From an uncultured Thermodesulfobacteriota bacterium (GTDB taxonomy: Bacteria; Desulfobacterota; WTBG01; CAIYCZ01; CAIRTM01), in the NCBI GenBank assembly GCA_964621615.1, contig CAZUMW010000003.1:19914-83913 (forward strand): DNA of 64,000 nt, read 5' to 3'. Shown piece by piece: positions 48,719 through 57,133 of the stretch (positions within the stretch are counted from its first letter, which is position 1; the number at the start of each line of letters is the position of its first letter). The position numbers and the translations under genes are program-made. The notes under the pieces are model-generated. The model saw nothing but the letters and a program-made list of their open reading frames with translations. It was not told where the DNA came from and made no database searches.

Positions 48719-49843
48719 TCATTCAGGTATATGAGACGTGTTATTGTGATTCAGTCTCTTTACCAGATAATGCACCGCAAGCCCGGCAAGAAAACCGTAT
48801 GCCATATTGCTCGCAACCGACACAACAACCGTTGCCCCCAAAGGTGCTGCGTCTTTTTTCAAACGCACATCTTTTGCAAACTTGATGAGCTCTATTCCGA
48901 CCAGAAACATCATGGCACCGATAATGGCGGTGGGGAACGCGGCAAACAGCGCCGCAATCGACGAGCACAGAAACAGGCCCAGCAGGATTTCGATTGCCCC
49001 TTCCATGATGTTTGCCCCGCCTGAGCGCGCGCCGAAGTAGTACTGGCCGGCAAGCCCGCCTGCGCCGTGACACATCGGCATGCCCCCGAACAGCGGCAGA
49101 ATGAGATTCATGATTCCCATATTAAACGAGAGCTGCTTTTCGCTCACCTGCCGGTCGGGCCAGTAGGTTTTTATCAGCAGCGCAGTCGCAATTACTGCAT
49201 TGGTTGCAGTGAGGGGAATTTGTGCAAACCCCGCCAGCACCATTGATCGCCACATGTCTGCGGGGTGAAAGCCGGTAAATTCCGGGACGCAGATCTCCGG
49301 GGCACCAATGATGCCGAGATTCCTTTTGAGAGCGATAATACATGTGCCAAGGATAACGAGGATAATTGCTGCAGGGGCATAGCGGTTTTGGCGCAGCAGC
49401 ACTACGATAACTAATGAAACCGCGCCCAGAGCCCACCAGGTCGACAGCATTGAAAATGCCTCAACGCTCAAGAGAGTGCCGAGCGCAATCTGGATGCCCC
49501 GTATCACCGAAACAGGGGTGATGTCGGCGATCCGGCCTATTACGCCGGTGACCCCCAAAAAAAGCCATATAATGCCCATGGCAAAGCCTGATGCATATAT
49601 CATCGAGGGCGTCCACTGCTGGGCAATGGCGATAACGGCAATCACCTTCATCGGCTGAATGGGTATTGGAATGCGGTATACAATACCGGTTGCGATATTT
49701 GCTATTCCCAACATAATAAGAAGCCCGGCGGGATTCAGGTCGCAGACGACGATGTAGCCAATCGCCAGCGGTAACAGTGTCCCGAAGTCGCCCATTGAAC
49801 CGGCAAGCTCCCGCATATTGAATTCAAACGACCCTGCTTTCAC
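48719..49843 (-). CDS. MOT1-family molybdate/sulfate transporter
   Basis: GSMGDFGT, PIQPMK, GGMPMCHGAGGLAGQYYFGAR. Confidence 0.9.
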   Translation of the reverse strand: MKAGSFEFNMRELAGSMGDFGTLLPLAIGYIVVCDLNPAGLLIMLGIANIATGIVYRIPIPIQPMKVIAVIAIAQQWTPSMIYASGFAMGIIWLFLGVTGVIGRIADITPVSVIRGIQIALGTLLSVEAFSMLSTWWALGAVSLVIVVLLRQNRYAPAAIILVILGTCIIALKRNLGIIGAPEICVPEFTGFHPADMWRSMVLAGFAQIPLTATNAVIATALLIKTYWPDRQVSEKQLSFNMGIMNLILPLFGGMPMCHGAGGLAGQYYFGARSGGANIMEGAIEILLGLFLCSSIAALFAAFPTAIIGAMMFLVGIELIKFAKDVRLKKDAAPLGATVVVSVASNMAYGFLAGLAVHYLVKRLNHNNTSHIPE

Positions 49844-50063
49844 AAGAATTTCCTTTACCCTGTACCGCTTGACGGCCCGATAGAATTACTGCTGATAATT
49901 GAGAAAATACCATAATCCGGGTTTCTATGAAACAAAGACGTTCTCTGTGCGTACTGTACAACGGCTGAACAGTAGCGCAGACATCGCAATTGCAAGATAC
50001 TCTGAAATAGACTATATTTTTTAAGTATCATCAGACTGCACGTTTTACAGCAGGTGCTTTTGT

Positions 50064-51308
50064 ATGAGCTCCATCATACATCCCGCAGCAGGCTATACCG
50101 CAGTCACCAGGCATGGATACCTGCGCGGTTTTCCCAAAGCAAAAAAGGCACAGACCGTTTCCGGTTTTGAGCGTTTTTCATCGCTGCAGAGGACCCCCGG
50201 CAGTTCCGCAGCCATTCAGCGTGCTGTGTCGCTTTTGTCCGAAAAAACAAGCAGCCTTGCAGCTGCGCTTGCTATGTTTTCTTTTCCTGCCGGCGCATCA
50301 GCACTGCAGTATCGCTCCGCAACGGTATCGGACTCAGAAAAAGCATCGGCCCGCGCAGCGGCCGGCGCGGAGGAAAAAACCTATACGCTTGACATCGATG
50401 CGGTTGCCTCGAAGAAAACGGTGAACAGCAGTGTGCTGGTCCGCGATGCCGCTGCAGCGGTATCCGACGGTTCGCACGCTTTTGTGCTGACTGTTGACGG
50501 CGAGGAGCATACCCTGAAGATCGACGTTAATAAAAGCGGCGATTCGCCTGATACCAACCGGGACGTGCTGAGAAAGGTTGCCCGCGCCGTTGAGTCCGCA
50601 AGCAGCGCGCTTGAAGCGTCGGTTCATGAATCAGAACGCAGCGCCTACAGCGCTATCGATGAAGATCTGACCGAAACGCTTGCCTATCTTACCATACAGG
50701 CTGCCGAGGCAGGTGAAGAAAACGATTTCAGCCTCGAGGATGCTGCCGGCGGAAGTCTCCTCGCCGATCTCGGGCTTGACCACGTCACAGTTTCGGGAAA
50801 AAATTCATCCTATTTGCTGAATAAAAATCGAGCAGCATCTGACAGCAATACGATTACTGCAGACAGCGGCCTGCTCGAATTTACTCTGCTTGAAAAAACC
50901 GGTGATCCGATCGAAATAACCGTAGCCGGCGGCGCCGATGAGCTTGCAAAAGATATTACCGGTCTTATCGCAGGATACAACGCCTATATTTCCTGGTTAG
51001 ATGAAAACAGCGACCGCATTTCATCCGAGCTGAAAAACGCGCTGAGCCGCGATGTGCAGGCTATTTCTCGGGATCTCTCAGCTGCGGGTTTGAAGGTAAC
51101 TGCAAACGGGATGGTGGGCGTAAGTAAGCAATTCGGGGAGATTCTGGAAGCCGAGACCGGCTCAGTTCGTGCGGCCCTTACCGGTGATACCGGGCTGTTC
51201 ACCATCGTAGCATCTCACCTGGAAACAGTGCAGGAGCTTGGTGCGTCGTCATATGCAGTCAGCTCAGATGAACAGACACAGGGGTTTGTCATCGATGTAT
51301 ATGCATGA
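50064..51308 (+). CDS. FliD-like (flagellar cap-like) protein
   Basis: RSATVSD...ARAAAGA...YTLDI..VA; ASDSNTI; LIAGYNA; LSAAGL; C-terminal DVYA. Confidence 0.55.
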   Translation: MSSIIHPAAGYTAVTRHGYLRGFPKAKKAQTVSGFERFSSLQRTPGSSAAIQRAVSLLSEKTSSLAAALAMFSFPAGASALQYRSATVSDSEKASARAAAGAEEKTYTLDIDAVASKKTVNSSVLVRDAAAAVSDGSHAFVLTVDGEEHTLKIDVNKSGDSPDTNRDVLRKVARAVESASSALEASVHESERSAYSAIDEDLTETLAYLTIQAAEAGEENDFSLEDAAGGSLLADLGLDHVTVSGKNSSYLLNKNRAASDSNTITADSGLLEFTLLEKTGDPIEITVAGGADELAKDITGLIAGYNAYISWLDENSDRISSELKNALSRDVQAISRDLSAAGLKVTANGMVGVSKQFGEILEAETGSVRAALTGDTGLFTIVASHLETVQELGASSYAVSSDEQTQGFVIDVYA

Positions 51309-51340
51309 GATGGATCCTGGGGGAGCCGCTTTCTTTTTTA

Positions 51341-52120
51341 TCACCGTGGAGCGGGGAAGCCGATCTGCCTCCTGACGTTTCGGTATTGTGCAGTAAAACC
51401 CAGATCCCTGTTTCGGATAGTCAGGGTTTCCTCTTGCTTTGCTTCAGCCGTTTTCCCTTTCACAAAGCTGAAAAGCGATATGAGCGAGGGCTTTCCCGCA
51501 CGGGGAACGACATGAATCTCTCGCTCACAGGAAAACCCTGTCGTTTCTGCTGCGTTGATAACCCGCTCTGTGTATTGATAGGGGTACACGGTTATGAAAT
51601 GCCCTTGTGGAACACACAGCCGGGATGCTGCATCAAAATAGTCATGAATCGACCCCTTGAGCTCAAAGCGCACCCTCGCCCGGTCAGTATGGGGGCTGAC
51701 CGGGCCTTCCTCCGGCTGATAATAGGGAGGGGATGAGGTGATGAATTCAAAAGAGCGCTTCAGGTGCAGGCGGCGCAGGTCTCCGTTTATCAGCAGAAAA
51801 CGGCTGTCAAGGGCGTTTGTGGCAAGCGAGCGGCGGGCAAGCCGTGACCGCTGATTTTGAATTTCGACCCCGATGCCGGCAAGCCCGGGAAATGACCACA
51901 TCACGATCATGGGAACGCTGCACAGGCCAGATCCCAGGTCAATAAACATGTCCGGAATTGAGCTCATCCGCCTAAGCGTGCGTACCGCCATCCAGCCGGC
52001 AAGCATGTCATCGGTAGTGTAGCGCTGGCCCTCCCGGGGCTGATATATGACATAGCCGCCCGACAGGGTATCACAGCGGATGTGCAGGTTTCTTTTTGTG
52101 CTTTTTGAGATTTTGTGCAT
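51341..52120 (-). CDS. tRNA1(Val) A37 N6-methylase-like (TrmN6/YfiC family) methyltransferase
   Basis: YQP..GQRYTTD, DLGSG, SPPYY (NPPY-like motif), RFEL. Confidence 0.75.
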   Translation of the reverse strand: MHKISKSTKRNLHIRCDTLSGGYVIYQPREGQRYTTDDMLAGWMAVRTLRRMSSIPDMFIDLGSGLCSVPMIVMWSFPGLAGIGVEIQNQRSRLARRSLATNALDSRFLLINGDLRRLHLKRSFEFITSSPPYYQPEEGPVSPHTDRARVRFELKGSIHDYFDAASRLCVPQGHFITVYPYQYTERVINAAETTGFSCEREIHVVPRAGKPSLISLFSFVKGKTAEAKQEETLTIRNRDLGFTAQYRNVRRQIGFPAPR

Positions 52121-52249
52121 TTTTCATATAGTAACGGAGAACGTGCTGTGTCAGCAACAGGAAAAATTTATTGTGTGCTGGATAGCGACTTTGCTCGGCG
52201 GATATTTTTTTTTGCTTTTTCCAGTGACTTTAAATAAAATCGTTTAATT

Positions 52250-52537
52250 ATGGATACCGTTGAAAAACTGTGTGATCTTCTTGTTGACGTTGAAGCTGCC
52301 TATCTTTTCGGCTCGTGCGCCTATGGCAGGGAAGATGAGTACAGCGATCTGGACATTATGATTGTTAGCGAAACAAACGAGGATTTTTTCCACCGGCATA
52401 AAGAGTTTCCACAATTGTATGAACTTGGCCGTCCCATCGATCTTTTCGTCTACACACCCGAAGAATTCAAACAAATGAAAGAAGCCAAAAACCCGTTTGT
52501 AATGAATATACTCAAAACAGGAATACGGATTAGATGA
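52250..52537 (+). CDS. Minimal nucleotidyltransferase (MNT)
   Basis: LFGS-X10-DLD, IDLFVYTPEEF; stop overlaps the HEPN start (ATGA). Confidence 0.92.
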   Translation: MDTVEKLCDLLVDVEAAYLFGSCAYGREDEYSDLDIMIVSETNEDFFHRHKEFPQLYELGRPIDLFVYTPEEFKQMKEAKNPFVMNILKTGIRIR

Positions 52538-53109
52538 AAAACAGTACGGAAGAATCACGGCGCTGGCTGGCGCAATCGCACAATGATCTTAAATTTGCAC
52601 AGCTGGCATATGCGGAAAAGTATTATTCACAGTGCTGTTTTATTGTCTCCTTCGGGGTTTAAAACCCTCGCCTTTAGGCGAAGAATGATTATTGGCTCAG
52701 AACGTGCTGTTCGTATAGGGTGCTTACCCTCAGGAGAATTTTTGTAGTTATGTGTTTTTCCTTTAGTCCCGACACGTCGGGAAAACTGAATCCACCGGCT
52801 TGTAGCCGGTGGTATTTCAATTCCCAGCAGTCGGCAGAGAAAGCAGTTAAGGCTGTGCACTACGGGAGCGGTGAACGGTTTGTAACCGGACACTCGATTT
52901 TTAAATTGCTCAGCACTCTCCAGCAAAAGGTTTCCGGTGATATAATTGAGAAAGCAAAAGTGCTTGATCAGTTTTATATCGCAGCCAGGTATCCAAACGG
53001 GTTGCCCGGAGGTGCTCCATATGAGGTGTTTACGCAGTCGCAGGCAAATGAGGCGCTGGAACATGCACAGCAGGTGTATGCCTGGGCACATAATGAGCTG
53101 AAAGGATAA
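52534..53109 (+). pseudogene. HEPN-domain gene interrupted by a 177-nt insertion
   Basis: 5' part MKNSTEESRRWLAQSHNDLKFA...YSQCCF joins 3' part ISQQSAEKAVKA...GHS...ARYP into a 132-aa HEPN once 52644-52820 is removed; in-frame TAA at 52660 inside the insert. Confidence 0.9.
52644..52820 (+). mobile_element. Miniature non-autonomous IS200/IS605-family element
   Basis: Inserted 3' of TTAT with no TSD; left end AAAA + hairpin TCGCC-TTTA-GGCGA; right end GAAT + CCACCGGCT-TGT-AGCCGGTGG + TATT-TCAA. Confidence 0.88.
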
Positions 53110-53145
53110 AAGATATGTGATTCACGTTTCCAAAAAGGGACATGC

Positions 53146-54315
53146 TCACAATATCTTATTTGCAATATAGCCCAGTATGAGAACCTGAGGAACTGCGGCA
53201 ATCGGCAGAAAGACAGCGGTTTTTTTGCCGACATTTGACCAGAGCAGCCCGATTTCGGTATAGTCGGTAACGACTCCGGCCATGAGGAATACAAAGCTGT
53301 TGCCGACGGCGCCGGTTTGTTTGAAGATTTCAAAAGCGATCGGCGCCGACCCTTCCGAGCACACCTCAATCACCGTGGCAAACGCAAGCGTTATAATAAG
53401 GCCCATCAGGGTCGGCCCCATGTAGTTCATGAAAAAATCGGATGGAATATATGCGCCGGCAAGAGCGGCCAGGCCCATGCCGATAAGAATCCACCACAGC
53501 ACCATGTTGCCCAGAGATACCGCCCCGCTCCAGATGCCGCTTAGATCCTTATGCAGTCGATCCATGGAAAAACAGTATCCCCGGTACCGCTGCTTTATGT
53601 CTGCGACGATAGAGAACTCTTTTCCCACCTGAACGCTGTTCGGGTTTTGTTCGATAACACCTGCTCGCTCCAGGATCTGGTAGATGAACCCGGTTATCAC
53701 GGCTATCAAAATTGCCGCGCCGATTATATAAAAGGCTTTCAGTCCGAAAAAGCCGATAAGCAGGATGGTAAGCGGCATGTTCGCCCAGGGGCTTGCAAGT
53801 AAAAAGGCCACAACTGCAGCATTTGCCGCTCCTTTTTTGTGAAGCTGGATAGAAAGGGCGAGAATACCGTGGGAGCATGTGCTCATTAAAAAGCCGGTCA
53901 CAACAGCATACGGTATTGTTCTTTTGAGCGGCCGGGCAAGAATGTGTGAAATATACTCGCGGGGAATAAAGTGATCGATCAGGCCGCCGATACCCAGCCC
54001 GAGCAGCACCGCCCACCAGAGTGTGGATACATACATCATCAGCCGAGACCGGAAGGGGGCAAGCAGCGGTATCGGATAGGATGCAAGCACAAGGATCAGC
54101 AGCGCGCCTGAAATAATAATGGTTTTATTTGTGTACCAATGCTTTTTGTGGTGCCCGGCCCGTGCATCGGCCAGCTGCTGCTCGGGAATGTAGTAGTCGC
54201 GGGCGAATTTTTCCATGCACCGGGGGTTGCAGAAATAATAATCAGTGCCGCTGTATGACAATCTGAGGCCGGTTTTTTCATCCACCTGCATGCCGCAGAC
54301 AGGATCCTGTGCCAT
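53146..54315 (-). CDS. YHS-domain + ArsP/DUF318-type predicted metal permease
   Basis: DPVCGM..YYFC..C (YHS); TCSHG, AFLLASP, EVCSEGS; start at MAQDPV after GGAGGG. Confidence 0.85.
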   Translation of the reverse strand: MAQDPVCGMQVDEKTGLRLSYSGTDYYFCNPRCMEKFARDYYIPEQQLADARAGHHKKHWYTNKTIIISGALLILVLASYPIPLLAPFRSRLMMYVSTLWWAVLLGLGIGGLIDHFIPREYISHILARPLKRTIPYAVVTGFLMSTCSHGILALSIQLHKKGAANAAVVAFLLASPWANMPLTILLIGFFGLKAFYIIGAAILIAVITGFIYQILERAGVIEQNPNSVQVGKEFSIVADIKQRYRGYCFSMDRLHKDLSGIWSGAVSLGNMVLWWILIGMGLAALAGAYIPSDFFMNYMGPTLMGLIITLAFATVIEVCSEGSAPIAFEIFKQTGAVGNSFVFLMAGVVTDYTEIGLLWSNVGKKTAVFLPIAAVPQVLILGYIANKIL

Positions 54316-54743
54316 GTGTTTTCCCTCCAAGAGCAATTCACTTTTTTTTGCTTGCTCCAAAGAGCGCAGCATCCGCTGCTGCGTAATAAAGTGAAAAAAA
54401 AGGGTACCCTGCAACGTGATCCGGCTTTGTATGGATACCTTCGCGGCACGATTGTAGCCGGCGAGGCGCCAAACTCGCCGCTGCAGGCGGGGGCTCATAG
54501 ATTCCGCCCTTTTGACCCGGCTGCACTCGGCTGCGTTGCAATAGGATGAGTAAAGACCACACAGGGGCGGAGCATCCATCCTGCGTAGCAGGCTGTAGTA
54601 GAGGACGCAAACCCAACCGCACCTGTTCTGTCTGTTCTAACAAATAATTCCAGGAGCAAGAAAGTTCAAGGTGGTTTAGCAGTCGCTATTTAAATTTTAT
54701 AATCCTGAATTTTTTGAAAAGGGTATAAGGGGGGCAAGCGGGT

Positions 54744-54778
54744 AAAAAAGGCAGCAGACGAAGCGTCTGCTGCCTTTT
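54744..54778 (-). terminator. Terminator of the redox operon
   Basis: AAAAGGCAGCAGACG-AAG-CGTCTGCTGCCTTTT. Confidence 0.85.
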
Positions 54779-54800
54779 GTGAACGCTTTTGAGAGGGATG

Positions 54801-56135
54801 TTACGACATGCTGTCGCTGAGCGTCCGCGACTGCTGCTTGCAGATTTTTTCCCATATTTCAGGGCGCTCACGCTGTATCTGGTCATCCTTTTTGTGAATC
54901 TCACGCCACATCATGCGCGGCGAGTCATACTGGCTCCAGCTGCCGTTCATGGTTACATCATCAAGAAGCGAGAACAGGTACACGACTTCTTCATCGGTAT
55001 AGTACGGGATAAGGGCATAGCCGCTGGTAACCTGCATCATTCCGTCATCGTTAAACTCAAAGGTTTCAAGCCAGGTCTTCGTATACTCTTCAAAGCCGGG
55101 CTTTCCTTCAAGCTCTTTTTCAATGGCGTCAGCCGCCCAGTAGGCGCAGTTAAGCGCTCCCTGTGCCTGGGTTTCAACAAATGCAGCAGCGTCGCCGATC
55201 ATGAGGCAGTTACCCTTGTACGGCTTTTTAAGCGGTGAAAAAGCCTTGGTGCAGCAGCAGTGGGACTGCTCGATTTTTGCGTTTTCAAACATATAGGCAA
55301 CAGGGCTCTTTTTAGTGAAGAACTCAAAAAGGTCCCCGGGCATCTGCTTGGGGTGCCCGATGAGAATGACGTCCGCCCAGTCAAAGTGCCCCGCAGGGCC
55401 GGTTCCCAGAAGAGGAGCGAAGTTGGAGCCGTAGCACAGGCCCCAGAAGCCGCGCCACTCATGAGGGCTGTAGTCACGTACATTTGACATATACACAGCA
55501 AGGGTAAGCGCTGAGGCAAAGTATACCCGGTCCTCGTTCATGCCAAGCGAGTTTGCAATCTGTGCGCTGGCTCCGTCTGCGCCGATCAGCTTTCTGGCAT
55601 GCATCCTGAACCGTTTGCCCTTGCTGACGCACTTGAGCTCAACGCCGTCGGCGGAGTCAATTACATCATAGCAGGTGGTCTCATTTATGTAATCAATCCC
55701 GAGCGGCAGCACTTCGTCGAGAAGCTGCTGAAGCAGCCCCGCCTTGTCATATTTCCAGGCAAAGGGGCTTTTGTCCGGCCAGGCATAGTGGGCGTTGTGC
55801 TCGAGCTTTGCAGAGTGATACAGCTTATCCGTCACAGGACACAGGGGGCCGACATAGTCCACTTCCCAGTCGAAGCGCGATGATTTAATCTTGTTGTGGC
55901 TTTTTTCGCTGACAAAGCCGTCCGGTCCGATCGGCTCGCCCGGCTCAACAATGATTGTGTCGCCGTTGTAGCCCTCGTCCAGAATAAAGTGCTCGCTGCA
56001 GTAGCGGGTCATTTTTGAAATATCGGCACGCTTTTCAATCACGGCAACCTTGAGCCCTTTTTTGGCCGCCCATTTTGCCGCGTGCAGCCCGCCGGGTCCG
56101 GCTCCGACGATCGCAAGATCATAGACAACAGACAT
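54801..56135 (-). CDS. FAD-dependent oxidoreductase, geranylgeranyl reductase/FixC-like
   Basis: YDLAIVGAGPGG, IGADG, IGDAA; start at MSVVYD after GGAGG. Confidence 0.85.
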   Translation of the reverse strand: MSVVYDLAIVGAGPGGLHAAKWAAKKGLKVAVIEKRADISKMTRYCSEHFILDEGYNGDTIIVEPGEPIGPDGFVSEKSHNKIKSSRFDWEVDYVGPLCPVTDKLYHSAKLEHNAHYAWPDKSPFAWKYDKAGLLQQLLDEVLPLGIDYINETTCYDVIDSADGVELKCVSKGKRFRMHARKLIGADGASAQIANSLGMNEDRVYFASALTLAVYMSNVRDYSPHEWRGFWGLCYGSNFAPLLGTGPAGHFDWADVILIGHPKQMPGDLFEFFTKKSPVAYMFENAKIEQSHCCCTKAFSPLKKPYKGNCLMIGDAAAFVETQAQGALNCAYWAADAIEKELEGKPGFEEYTKTWLETFEFNDDGMMQVTSGYALIPYYTDEEVVYLFSLLDDVTMNGSWSQYDSPRMMWREIHKKDDQIQRERPEIWEKICKQQSRTLSDSMS

Positions 56136-56167
56136 GTCTGTTTCCTCCTTACTGAATAAGTGTTGTA

Positions 56168-57106
56168 TTAGCTTATTGCGCCAACCGGGCAATAGATTTC
56201 ACAGGTGTGACAGGCCATGCAGTTGTTCTGAAACACCATGGATTTTTTATCATAGCCGCCTTTGTCCTCAAGCTCAAGCGCGCCCACCGGGCAGTTTTCC
56301 ATACAGGAGCCGCACCCGAGGCACTTGTCGGTGTCGATCTCAGGGTACTTTCTGCATGAGGGGCACAGGTTGAAAAACTGCGGCAGAAAATGAAACTCTT
56401 TGGTCAGCTTGTCAAGGTGCGGGACCGGAGCGTACGGGTTTCCGCACTTGGTACAGGTTTTCAGCGGATATTCCACCTGCCAGTTAAGAATTTCCCGCTT
56501 CGGCCCTTCCTGCTCACAGCCCTCGGGAGAGCAGGCTGCCGAAGATTCAAGATCGTTTTTCTTGATAATTCCGGTCGGGCAGACGAACGCGCACGATCCG
56601 CAGGCGATGCAGTCTTCAGCAGACTGATGAAACGGGCTGTCAACAACCTTTTCTGCCCCTTTGCCGGCAAACTGAATTGCCGCTGCGCCGACGACCTCGT
56701 TGCATGCCCTGACGCACAGTCCGCAGAGAATACAGTATTCATTGTCTTTGCCCCACTCTGCTGAGCTGTCCGCGAGGCCGTATTCCTGTGCAAGCTGCTG
56801 AACGATTTTCACATTCGGGCAGCGGGCGAGCAGCAGCTCCAGCACGAGCTTGCGGCCTTCAATGACCCGCGGGCTGTCGGTTTTAACGATCATGCCGTCC
56901 TCGACCGGATAGGTGCACGATGCTTCGATTGATTTGCGTTTGTTTTTTTCTATTTCCACGATGCACAAACGGCAGGCCCCGTAGCCTTCAAGGGCGTCGT
57001 TGTAGCAGAGGGTGGGGATATCGATGCCGTTGGCGCGTGCAGCCTCGAGCACCGTCGTTCCTTCCTGTGCTTTGATCTTTTTTCCATTAATTGTCAGTTT
57101 AACCAT
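56168..57106 (-). CDS. NuoG N-terminus/HoxU/BamI-like Fe-S protein with extra 2x[4Fe-4S] domain
   Basis: IPTLC, GACRLC, ASC ([2Fe-2S]); CILCGLC, CIACGSC..CP; CTKC..CPSC; CLGCGSC..CP, CMACHTC..CP. Confidence 0.9.
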   Translation of the reverse strand: MVKLTINGKKIKAQEGTTVLEAARANGIDIPTLCYNDALEGYGACRLCIVEIEKNKRKSIEASCTYPVEDGMIVKTDSPRVIEGRKLVLELLLARCPNVKIVQQLAQEYGLADSSAEWGKDNEYCILCGLCVRACNEVVGAAAIQFAGKGAEKVVDSPFHQSAEDCIACGSCAFVCPTGIIKKNDLESSAACSPEGCEQEGPKREILNWQVEYPLKTCTKCGNPYAPVPHLDKLTKEFHFLPQFFNLCPSCRKYPEIDTDKCLGCGSCMENCPVGALELEDKGGYDKKSMVFQNNCMACHTCEIYCPVGAIS

Positions 57107-57133
57107 CGGTCCTTCCTTTATCCCTGTTGGTGA

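Noticed and set aside
52644-52820. Self-splicing intron, IStron or RtcB-ligated intron in the HEPN gene
   Set aside because: Too short for a group I/II core, no such motifs seen, and both ends fit IS608-type rules
52720-53109. 129-aa ORF as a stand-alone gene
   Set aside because: It is the 3' part of the interrupted HEPN fused to element sequence
54500-54600. NiCo (czcD) riboswitch or large SRP RNA
   Set aside because: Only GCAGCCGGG matches on the minus strand; CUGAGCAGG/GUGGGACAG and the SRP CAGG-GGAA-AGCAG motif are absent
54316-54643. N-terminal extension of the permease and a 101-aa ORF
   Set aside because: A strong RBS precedes MAQDPV; the upstream translations have no recognisable features and overlap a structured region
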